NCBI GenBank assembly: GCA_973895155.1 | Contig: OZ316892.1 | Span: 29,208,932-29,272,931 of the forward strand | Length of the DNA: 64,000 nucleotides | Source: Marsupella aquatica | Lineage: Eukaryota; Plantae; Marchantiophyta | Direction: 5' to 3' | Shown here: piece by piece, positions 38,620 to 50,638 of the stretch | Layout of the letters: each line of letters begins with the position of its first letter | Position numbering within the stretch: position 1 is the stretch's first letter | The notes under the pieces: model-generated | The model's database searches: none | Seen by the model: only the letters and a program-made list of their open reading frames with translations | Told to the model about the DNA's origin: nothing | Position numbers and translations under genes: made by a program

Positions 38620-39434
38620 TGATCATGGAGGAAGCTGACATTCTCAAGGCTTTTGGAAGCTCCGCCATGATGGTCCAAGCAAGCCCACTTGCAAAAGCAG
38701 TATATATTGCCTATATATTGGCAAGAAGGAGAGGTTTGGCCGAAGTAATCTCCTGACTACCTCCATGTCTGCAGGCAACACAGTCCAGTGCATTCCAGTA
38801 AGATCAGAGTCTAGGTTAGAAACACCAACATTCGAAGGAATGTTGGTTGAATGTCAGCTTCGACGTTATGTCACGACTACGAGCTTGCAGACTTGGTATT
38901 CGTGGCTATTTGATCTCTCACGTGTCTCATTGAAGACTGAAAATATCATGTCAGACGACTGACTTAGCTGACAATCTCTTTGGACGGCACGCAGGCTTAC
39001 GCGAAGGCAAGAGACCGTGAGAACTGAGAAAGTTGTACATGACCCCAATCATGGCAACCATTATGACAGTGATCGGATCCTTGTATGCACTCTCTTTGCG
39101 CTCGGTATTAGCGTGGCCTTCACTGCCGTCACGCCCTTTCCACGATCACTGCCTATGGACACACTGTTGTGCTCGTTGTGAGATGCTTGTACAACAACAA
39201 TTTCGTGCAAGGGCCATTTCAGTGGGGGACATGGGTACTTCCCTCCATCTGATCCCGTCACCTCCTCGGACCTTGAGCATCGCCATATAACAATCAGCGG
39301 CTGCATTTTCGGTCGTGGCGTGATTTACTGGTTTGGAGCGAGGGGAAAACCTTCCACAGGCCGAAATGATCGATCGAGGTTGACGACGATCTAGCCGAGT
39401 ACACACGGTTCAGGCTAGCGATCGCGAAGCGTAG
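38620..39434 (+). pseudogene. Decayed third permease copy: part of intron 3 plus exon 4
   Basis: 38620-38994 aligns to intron 3 (about 12895 and 35090). 38995-39434 aligns to exon 4 (GCTTACGCG...GAAGCGTAG) with several deletions and frameshifts. Exons 1-3 are absent. Confidence 0.88.
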
Positions 39435-41275
39435 ATGATTGCATCATGACAGCTAGAACCCACAAAAGCAAGCCTTCTTTGCACGAGAGTCTCGCAATAT
39501 TCAATATGGTATACATCTAAAACTACTGAAAAAGTTGGGAATCTAATTTATGCGACTTGGAGTCTTAATGACATGGATAATGCATTATGGTATCAGAGTA
39601 AGAGCGGTCTACCTAGGGACAGCAAGGACCCACAAGAGCAAGCTGTCTTTGCATCCAGTAGTCTAACATATAATATTCTTGTCTTGAAAGTATTAATTGT
39701 CCGACCTGAAAAGTACGAATATGAGTCTTAATGTCATGGCGAACGGGTCTGAGCTGAGTCCACAGCAGTATTTGAGAATTCAAAAGCTGCTTCGGAAAAG
39801 CCCTGAGTCAAGAGCGGAGTGTCAATCTGAGAATGCAAACGTTGGTTTACACCAAACCACACTTTCTGGGTCAGATGTAAAAACTGTCGAGAGGGAAAAG
39901 AAAAGTCATTGATGCAGCCCTTACACAACCCATCCGGCAACACGATGACCACACCTATTGCTCATGTATCCTGGATATCCCAAGCCAGGGCTCGTCCTCA
40001 CCTTGAATGTATCTCATACTGGCATGTCGATCTGGTTGGGAATTACGTTCTATTACGTTCTAACCTATGGAACGAACCTATGGGCCAAAGTGAAATCTAC
40101 GGACGTAACCTGGGGCCAAGAGCACTACAGTGTCATCGTGCATGGCATGGCGAATGCTCTAAAAGCTACTCGAATACCGTGCAAGTCTATGACCATGCAT
40201 AACACGCAGATAAAAACTACTAGAGTAGTAGTACTGTTCTATTTAGGAGCAGCTCCACCGGCCCAGAAGAGAAAGCCAGAATTCGGGTCAGAATTGTGAC
40301 AATCGAATACAACAGCGGTCGTCAATAGAGCGGGTTTAGACGGCAAACTTCCACACCGAAATTGGTATTTCCTTTGGAATAAAAAGTGACGGTCTTGTAT
40401 TTCCACACCCAGAGGACGAACACCTTAGAGTCGCTATTCCCTTAGTTAGTTTACAAGTCGAGTTTGAAGATGCTCCAAGCTCTCAGCTCGGCAAAGTCGA
40501 GATCATCAGGTTCAATTTCCCGTCACTGGATGTTGGTGAGGGTCCTAAGGTAAGATGTGTGTGAAAAAGAGAAAGTCCAGCAGACCTTTTTCTCATTTAT
40601 TATTGAAGCTTGATGCAAGCAGGAGCTTCTATATCGCGCAATCCAGCTAGAACTCCGTTCATGCCCTCTACTTCTAAGCTTAGCCTGAAAGTAAATAAAA
40701 CATTATAACAATCTGGTTAAAAATGGGGGATCATATGCTTATTACTGACAGGGGAAAAGGCTAGGGAGGAAGCCAATCCTAACAAATTACCAATCAAAAC
40801 GTCAACCAAAAAGAGATTACATTGTCAGATACACCCATCAGCCATTTTGTGCCCTTCTCCCAACAAAACATTTTCACAACTTATCAGGTACCACCCAGTT
40901 TAAATGATAAGACTTCCTCACTCACACATAACATAGCGAGAATAAGAACACTTCCTTATCTCACTTGAAATTCTGTCTTTTATTGGCTGAACTATGTTCC
41001 GCCATGTGATGGGGACCAAGAAAGTCCCCCAAGATAAGTTTGTTTGCAATACATAAAGACTCCAATACTGTTTCACTTTCACTTGTTCTAAAGAGTCAAC
41101 AAACCTGTTCATGATGCATGTATTTAATTTATACATATTACTATTGAGACAAGACCGTAATGACTTAAGTAGGAATAGGAAAGATGAAGGAAACATTTAT
41201 TTCATTTGTCTTTTGTGTTTATTTAATTTTTTTCTCTTTTTTAATTTTCTCTTTTTTTTCCCTTTTATGTGTAGC

Positions 41276-42865
41276 TAAAGCCCAGATGGACTGCTAGGTT
41301 GTCTCCATCTATCCCCATGGACTCTGACAAGGGACAGACCATACTACACATAATCATTAGACAGTTTAACTGCAAATGGATGGTGAATTTTGTCATTAAT
41401 TGTCCACCTATATTTCTGTCAAGGTAAGAAAATAATGTGCACCAAGGTAATAACATAACACCAAAAACTGAAATTAAGAATATATAATTATGAAATAGAG
41501 AATGAAGATGCACATTTAACATTTCCTTTAGTTTCAGTAGCAGCAAAGTATTTGAAGTGCTCCTTGTAACAAGAGCAGTTGTATATGAACAACATGATTT
41601 CCGATAGCTCTGCAGCAAAAAAGACGCTCTTTATGACAAGAACATTGCTCTCTAAAAAATATGATTCATCAATAATTATCCCCAAAAGAAAAAAAATCTT
41701 AAGTAGCTCTATAACAATAAAATTAGTCAAAATATTTTTTATAGCAAGAGCAATGGTCTCTGAAAAATAGGATTCCACAACAACGCTCATGTAAATTAAA
41801 ATTTCTTTTAGCTTCACAATGGAAAAATCTTGGGTCCTCATTTCTTTTCTTCCGACCCACCGCATGCGAAGAAGTTAGGGGTTTTTAATTCTAATGCGTG
41901 GAAAACTTTACAATTGTGTTGAAGAAATATAGGGGCATTTTAATCCAATTTTAAGAATTATAAGAACTATAAGGTTTTTTAATATCAAAAGTGAGAATAT
42001 TCCATAAAGTTAGGGGTAAAAAATATAGTAAAAATCAACTTTATTTTCTTAAGTTTTAGGGTGTTATTACTTGTAAACTCCACACGTGATATGGGCCCCC
42101 AGGGAAAAATGACTATATTTCCAATAACAAGCAATGCTCTATAAAAAATATTTTGCAGCAACATTTCTGGAAATTGTAACTATAATCATTCCCTAAAGTA
42201 TAGATGCCCTAGAATCTATGTAAAAAAATTGTAATCTATATGTGACAATTGAGCTTATTTGGGCGCCACCTGGCCTCCTTGGTGGGAATTGTCTCCTTGG
42301 CGCATGAGTCGCTGCTTGCTTCCCCCCCTTTGCAGGGCTTTTGAATATTAAAAAATATTTTTGAGTAAATTAAGTTCATTTGTTTTTTACCATTGGGCAA
42401 ACTACTTAAGGGGTATGAATAAAAAAGGAAGCACTCAATCTATTCAAAGTTTCATCTACTTTGAATAGATGAAATTTTATAAGGTCTTTACATAAGAACC
42501 AAATTAAATGTACTTTAAATGTTATCTTTTTATTAAACTCTTAAAAATAGGTAGATTAATTATGTGGAGGGGAAGTGTATTGGGAGAAAGCAGCGAAGCT
42601 CTCAATAAAAAAATGCTTAATATTTTTAGGATAGAAGTGGTTACAGATAAAATTTATGGATAGAAGTGCAGATATTTTTAGGATAGAAGTAGTTAGAGAT
42701 AAAATTTATGGATAGAAGTGCAGATTTGGTTAATGACACTGTACTTTATGGACAGAAATGTAAATAGCAATGTCCCACCACACTTTTCTGTTTTGATCCA
42801 GTCAATGCAGGTTTGGTTTATCCATGAGAGCTTCACTAACAACATGCAAGTCCATCCAGGCTTTA
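41276..42865. mobile_element. TIR element, second copy of the 8429-9446 family, carrying a diverged copy of the 7543-7808 terminus
   Basis: Ends TAAAGCCCAGATGGACTG... and ...GTCCATCCAGGCTTTA. 41840-42100 resembles 7543-7795. Confidence 0.65.
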
Positions 42866-45687
42866 ACTTCCTTTTATGTTAATGTCATTTATTTCTCTTC
42901 TTCCTTTTTCCTTGGAAGAAGGGTGGCCATTAATATTTTTTCTTGGGAGAAGTATGGATTAAGCACTTACCAAATTGTTTTCAAATTGAGTCTAATTCTC
43001 ATCCATTACCAATAAAACAGTCTCTCACATAAGTAAACTGAACTGAATTGAATATTTGCTCATTGAATATTTGCTCTTTTAAGTTCAGCCTATTGTGAGG
43101 AAACTCTCTTTGGTCACAGGCCGGGTTTATCTTGCTTTGCCAACTGCTGCTAGGTATTGTTGTACCAACATCCTCATGGCAGTTGTTATCCAACTCCCAA
43201 CCCTTTGTCCTCGCCCTCCCCCGCCAATAATAACAACACTTTTACAATGACACCATTAACTAAAATATAACATTTTCACAACAATAATCACCCTGGAACC
43301 AAAATCATCAGACTTCAGCAAACATATTACACAAATAATACAATCAAGAGTCACACTTTCTTGTTTCAATTGCAATTTTTTACCTCTACATGACATTTGT
43401 GCAACACACTGTCTGCTATTGTTGCACAAACAACAGCATGACCAAAATAACAGCATGGTCATAACAATCTTCACCTGTAATTGTTTCACCTTGACATTTT
43501 TATGTCAAGCACTTGTATTGTTGCAAGAACTACATTGTCACACCCACCACATCATTGCAATGACAATAGCGCAACACACAAGCCATGAGCTACAGTAGTT
43601 AAGTATGATTAGACCTTGACTTGGACACTCCTGGAATTTGAATTTTTATGTGACTTTAGTCCTTTCACTTTGAACTCTTGAACTGCAGAAAGTTTCCAAG
43701 AGGCTTAGGAGTTACTTTGATAGATTGATTGAAAATGTAAGCAAGAATATTCAAGGATAGAATAAGATGGCTGGTGGATCTAGAGAATCTGCACAATCAT
43801 TGTGCCCAATAAGCAAATTTGAATCACACAGTATTGGAACAATTACAATCAAAGTCAAGCTTGCTCAAAACCTGGAAAGTAATTCGATCGTCAAGCTTGC
43901 GTTCTCCGACATCTTGCGACATCTTGATTACTGAATTAATCTGACACGGACCTCAATTTCACCCAATTGATCGGAAGCTACGTTAGTCTTCCGATCGAGA
44001 ACTGCAGTTTAGATGTCTTCACGACGTGTGTTTTTGGTCGGATTGATACGACGGAAAAGCATAGGCAGCGGCTTAACGACAGCTTATTCAGCTGCTCGAT
44101 CAAGCCAGGCGAACTGAGAGCTCAAGTTATCCTACACTACTCGCCGATATGGTTTCAGCTCTACTGTCGACTGAGAACTGTCGACGACCAGCCAAGCTTC
44201 GTAATTCAGAACAACGAGGTAGCCACCGGGAAGTACAATTGTTTGGGCAACTAGATTTGCCGCAGAGATGGGTCGGACGTACTACGTATCTCCAACCTAA
44301 GCTATGGAACAAAATCCAAGCTAATTGATTCTCGAGCAGGCTAGTTTGTCTATCCAGAGAACCCCACGTACTGAGGTTGGACATGCATCATCCAAGCAAT
44401 GGACAGTCACGAAAACGGACCATTGTTACACAAAGTCGTCCACTAGCTCTGCCGCACAACGTTTCCGGCCAACGAATGACATATTCCTTCAATTCGTTCC
44501 TTCGTTTCGATCGAACCGTCGCCCTCGATTCCAACAGTCGCGCCTGTTCGACTCGAACCACGATGAATCCAACCGAGAAGTTGATTAGTCCGAGTATATT
44601 TAAGGCAGTCTCCGATCCGGGCTCTCCCATATATATGCCGGCACAAAGGTGAAGACGGTCGCCGAGGTATTGCAGTGGAGGAGGATGAGAGACAACTCAA
44701 GCCACGATGAGTGTTGCATGTGCTCCGCGAAGGGCTGACTCGCTCGCTCGCTTGAGCACATTGGCATATGAATCAGTACTTGTTATATTACAAAACGTAT
44801 TGCTTTTTCATTGTTGCAGGATTGGCATTGATGTACATGTGTATCGGGGACTGGACTAGATCACTCCCCTAGATTGGGCTACAAGCTCGAGGCCCGATGA
44901 CATAGTAACTTGTGCCGTCAATATACTAATCATTGATCTGGATTGTTGGGTGCTACAGGATTTCTGTTGCTTCAAGGAGCCCCACCTTTTAAACCTGTCA
45001 AGAATCGGGATTGGCAGAAAGCGCTTGAGTTTCCGTTTGTCCGAATCTACTAAATTAACAGCAAATACTAGATGGATTGCTAGCAAAGAGTTTGAGATTT
45101 TCCAATCCAGACGTCGGACGGTGCTTGCAATTTTCGACGTACTAACCATTTCTTCTGCTAGAGGGTTTTGTTTTGCAGGATGTTTTAAATTCCCGCTAAT
45201 GTTTATGAGCTTCGGATATATCTAGATTTACATTACGTATTCGATTCAACAAAGGTTCGGGACTACGAGACACCAAACATCTTAAACCCGCATAGATCGA
45301 GAGATATATCGATCGAAAGACGAAGAGGAAAGCTCATATGGATCAATGGTTTAATGCGTCTTACAGGAGCACCCAATTAGTTGGGATGGGCTATTTGTTC
45401 TCGGTCCGATCTCTCTGTTTCAATTTGTACTCTTAGATTTTGTCTGACTGTACATGATAGATTAGAATTCTTGTACAAACTAAAGGTGGAGACACGAGAC
45501 CGTGTTCTGCCTAAACCCACCTTTAGAGGTCATATCGATTTGAATAATTGCATTGAGTTTTGAATTGCTTTGATCATAATTAGTGACAGAGCGAGAGCTC
45601 AGCGTAAGGTTTAGATAGACAAAACCCAATAGATCGAGGGTTTCTGGGATTTTGGCGAGAGGGAGAGATCGATCGAGGATAGAGAAA

Positions 45688-46284
45688 ATGAATGCTATAG
45701 AGGCTAAGCCCTCTCCACACAAGTACCCATGGTGTGGGGTCTGTGTGAGCAAGAACTCGGAGCACGAGACCACAAAGGAATGGCTGGCAAGAGAAACCAA
45801 AGAGCTAGAGGGCAGAGAAAAAGAGGCTCTGGTAATGCTAAGCGAGACGATGGGGCGCATATACCACGAAGGGCACGGCACAATCCGATGGGATCACGAG
45901 AAGAAAATGTTCCTCGTAGCGCTAGAGCGGCTCTACAAGGAGCGGACCAACCGGCGAGAGCTCGTGAAGCTGCTCCGCTTCTCGGTGGAGCTGATGATGG
46001 ATCTCGTGCCGACGTTCCGGGGGCTGAGGGTCGACATCGTGCGGGAGCAGAAACGCATGTTGGAGGGGGGCAGATTCACGCAGAGGCGAGTGCAGAACGG
46101 CATGATTCAGTGGTTCACCAACAGCATGCCCAACAAGTGCTTCATCAGGCTGGCTGAGGTGCTCCGAGACACGGGCATTGTCACGCAGCCCAAGATTTTC
46201 CCTGCTGACATTCAAAACCTGCACTGCATGGGAGGGAATGACATGCCCAAAATTCTGCCATACTGCCGTCCCACAGCTTTCTGA
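45688..46284 (+). CDS. Uncharacterised protein, 198 aa, single coding exon
   Basis: Uninterrupted GC-rich ORF with strongly G/C-ending codons in a lower-GC background. First in-frame ATG is at 45688 and there is an N-terminal CxxC. No family was recognised. Confidence 0.6.
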   Translation: MNAIEAKPSPHKYPWCGVCVSKNSEHETTKEWLARETKELEGREKEALVMLSETMGRIYHEGHGTIRWDHEKKMFLVALERLYKERTNRRELVKLLRFSVELMMDLVPTFRGLRVDIVREQKRMLEGGRFTQRRVQNGMIQWFTNSMPNKCFIRLAEVLRDTGIVTQPKIFPADIQNLHCMGGNDMPKILPYCRPTAF

Positions 46285-49200
46285 TCCGATTCATTGATTG
46301 ACTCATCACGATATTCATCCAATCACATCGAAAGATTCGGTAAAAGTCTGATCGATTGATTGAGTGATTGATGATAATCGTCATCATCATCAATCAGAGC
46401 AAAGATTCAATATATACCCTTCTGTACCCCAAAGCAAACCAACCCAATTAAACCCAACCAAACCAAACCCACAGACCACGTTTTTAGGCACTTCCAGTAA
46501 AGCACAGTGGCTCGTTATTAGGGCTCCATAGCTTTGTGGTCAGAATTCGGAATGATTGTCTGACGGCTCGAATGGCAGCGGACCGGATTCAACTTCTCTT
46601 CTCACCTGAATCCATCGAGGTTAAGCTTGAGTATAAATCAAAGACGGCCATTACAGGTATCAAAGTAGTAGACTCTCCCTAAGTGCATATTCTTGGGAGG
46701 CACACATTCCTATATTCTTAATATCCCTATTGCACTGTTAGAGTCATAAACTGTGCTTGTTCTTTTTTTGGCACCAGGGAAAGGCTACCTTTCCAAACAA
46801 ACAAAATAAAAAGTAAGTAAAGGCACAATTCTTATAGTCATGCACAAGCTTAGATGGGATCTCCCCTAAACCTCCAAAGCTTGGCTGAGATTTGGGAATG
46901 ATTTGTGTGGATTGCTAAAGCTGACTTAGTACTCTAAGGTCAGGTGAAATCCTAGTTAAAATGTCTGTTTTAGCTTTTCTGCAAGCTTAGGAATAGAAAA
47001 AAAGGTTTGGATGGGAGATCCCAGCTGGCATATTCTTAAGAGCAAAACTGTATGACTTTTTTACTTAGTTTAATACCCTTGGAGCAACATAATTGCATTA
47101 ACTCTTGGAACATGCTTGGAAGAGCATAATTCTGTTGTTGCATAGGAAGCATCTCCTCATCCCAAGGATATGCGCATAGGGCGTGTCTACTGTCTGTTGG
47201 TAGTCAGAAAAATTGATGCATTGCTTGATCTATTCTATCTTTGTCAACAAATTAAATTGCAACCTAATCGTTATGGCATACAAGCACACCCACTATCTAG
47301 AATTGGAAATTCACTTTCACATGCCTTCCAAGGCAGGGAGCATAGATCTCCCACTATCAAAGTCTGATCAAAAGAGATTTGTTCAGCTTGAGGTACACTT
47401 GGGGGAGCTTACTTGTGTATACTATGTAAATTACCAAGAGGATCTTGAAATCACAGATCACTTGGGGGAATTTTTAAGAGAGGGATTATGAGATTCGTGA
47501 GATCATAGATGAGGTTGGTAAAATCCCAATCAAGGGCAAAGGAGGCATATGTACCACCTCAATGGTGTACATAATTTATCAAAACTGAGCCTGCAAAACC
47601 TTAATCCAATTTTAACTAGGGTTGTGGGATAGTTAGAATTCCACCATAGGAAACTTAATGTGTAGGATTGTACACATACCCAAAAACCACATTAAACCTT
47701 GCAGGAAACACCTGAGAACCTACCTTGCACATATAACCCATCACCCACAAAACAAACTGGCAGTAGGACCCTGGCCTAACCTTAGACAACCTTAAATACT
47801 AACCAGGAAAGTTTATCCTCAATTTCTCTAATGTTTGATTTGTAAGTATAGCCCCGAGTATAGCTTTAGTAATCAATGTGGAAGAACAAAAAATTCCAGC
47901 AGTCACTGGTTCCCTTAAGAGGAATAAATTAGTTGAAAAAACTTCCCAACTCATGGGAAGCAATTAAAATAGTTAGGAATTCTAGTGGTGACTTGCAATG
48001 GAGGTACTTGCTAGGCTGGTAATACAAGTGGATGGAGACAAAAAGGTAAAGCATACAAGGCTTCCCAGGAGGTCATCAAAGGCATTGCAAAACTTACCCA
48101 GATCTGAGCAATGTGGTAACTACCCAGACACTAAGGAGTGATTGGCTAATTTGAGTGATTTGCAACTGGCAAAGAGGTAGTGGCACTAGAAATGGCAATG
48201 GAAGGTAAGACAAGGTAAGAAGCCATCGCAAGACACCAAGGTAGAAACCAGAAATGATGACTTCCCACAAAAAAATGGGACTGGCAGATTAGTTTGGCTG
48301 TGAGTTTGGCTCCAGAGCGTGTGCCTGGTATAACTAGTGGTATGGTTATTGGTACCCTGTTTCGAAGCCAAGGGCAAGTTTATCCCTGTAGCCAAGGTTA
48401 AGACTGGTAATGCTGTAAGGCCCCCCACTTTGAAAAAAAGTGTGGATGGGCCCTGTTTATATGCTTAATTTCAGCCTATTTTCAATGCTTGGAATAAGAA
48501 TTTTATTAGTTCATCCAGTCATTCCAACATTTCCTTACTTATTAAACGTTTCTAACTTTATCTAACCATAATGGGGAATGCAAACACTGTGTCTCTTTTG
48601 TTTTGAGGGCAGGGGGGAGGGAGCATGGCATTTAGTTTCTGCATTAATCTAAGTAATTCCAAGACCAGTGGCACGATTGCCTACGTTGAAAGTGCTATTA
48701 ATTAAAATGCTTCAACGAGGCAAGCTGGGCTCTTGAAATACTAGTTATTTGATCATGTTAAAATAGTCTGTAGGTTCAAGGGAACATTGTGTTTAGACTA
48801 ACTATTAGCCTTTTTTAGGTGTTTGTATGAGCGTAATATGGTTCCAGCTGTGCCCAATGGATTGATTGTAAGGTAAATCCTAGTTTGTTTTTTATCAGCA
48901 ACTCGTTAAGGATTTGAGCTGGTGAAGAACTAGCTCACAAAGTATACTAAGTTGAGGTTGGATTTTCTCTCTGAGTAGCAGAACATAAGCTGGACTAACT
49001 TGTACTGGCTGGCTGGTCATATTACTATTTGAGTCATGTTAGAATGTAGTTTGCTGGGTGTCCAGCTATTCCATTTCGATGGGTTCTCGAGACTTTGGAC
49101 CAGTGCGGAATGGCATACCTCAACATGCCAGGACTGCACTGTTGCATCTAAATTCTATGGAGGCATTAGTGAATGAAAGGATTGGCCTGGCACGATGTAA

Positions 49201-50638
49201 TGAGAGCGGAAGAGCTCAGGAACTTTCCAAAAGCAGCAGTCTGCTCTGATCATGTCACGCATGCAGAGTTTGCTGCTGAAAATGTTGTCGGTACAACATC
49301 AGCGATGGCCATAGTTGCAGTAGTCAAGTGGTGCATGGAGGATGCAGCACCGGATTACCAGTAGGGTAGACTATTTATAACAAGGCACTAGCAGACTTGA
49401 GTTCTATACAGTGACCTTTGAAAACTTGTGTGGAAATTTCTTTCATCAGTGTGGCGGTTCCATAGAACTGAAGTCCACCTGGAAGTCTGGAGTGGTGGGC
49501 CGGTTGCCACCTGCAAAGTTACGAGACATCCAAACTGGGTTCCAATGATTTCATCGCAGATTTGAAGAGGCTGTTGAGAGTATAAATGAATTCTAGTACT
49601 GAAGTAATGGTAGCATGATGGAGAGACACAAAATTGACTTGTCCAATAATAAAGTCGTTGGTTATGAATATGGTTCACCTGCCATAACCCTATGAATGGG
49701 AACATAAACCCCCATGTCCTTCATGACCTTCATGGACATCCCAATCCTGTCTTGAACATCAATTTGCACCACTGTTAGATTTTGTGTTACATTGACAATG
49801 TCAGCAAAACCCTCGGAGAGCAACAAGAGATTGTACAAGCTTTCCATTTTGCATTTGCTTCAAGCTGGTCCAGTGGCTTTTCTGCATACTTTTCTATAAT
49901 AGACAGTAAGCCAATCTCGCCAATCTCATCAATGCTATCCTCATGTGATTCTTAGAGTGCCTGCTTCTCCCATCTTCTCAATTGCCGAGCCACACCATCG
50001 TAAAGACCAATACAGATTGGAGGCTAGACATGATGATCTGACATCTCATCTAGCCGGTGTTAAAAACACGGGCAAACCTGATGTAAAAAATGTACAGAAA
50101 GTGGGATATTGAGGATGCCAAAACATTACAAGAAGCTACATGTACGTGGTAGAATTGAGGTGAATGACGAGCAGGGTCCATGTAGAGATTGCCACGGAAG
50201 CCGAAATATCGAGATCAAGAGATGCACAGAAAAGGAGGAGAACACGTTCGAGAAAAAGAAGCTCAAAGAAAATGCCTTCAGAGACTAACAAGACAAAATG
50301 GCTGATGCGACAGGTAGAACAACAATAAGCTTATTAAATAGGGAAAGATATGCAGAGAGATGGATTTTGATGCAGCTCCTTTGATATTTTATCATCTTAA
50401 TAACTATTTGAATATGTCATGACTGGGCATATCTTCGCTACGACTTGCGAACTCAATACAACATAGCCAACGCCACTCATTTCCAATGTAAATAAAAAAT
50501 TATCTTTCTCCATGAGAAAATCAACGAAGACAACTTGAGCCATATCACACTGTTCAATCAAATACTTGTATATCAACATATCTATATATACTACCACCTG
50601 CGCTGTGGAACTCTATAAAGCGATTGTTTCCAAGATGA

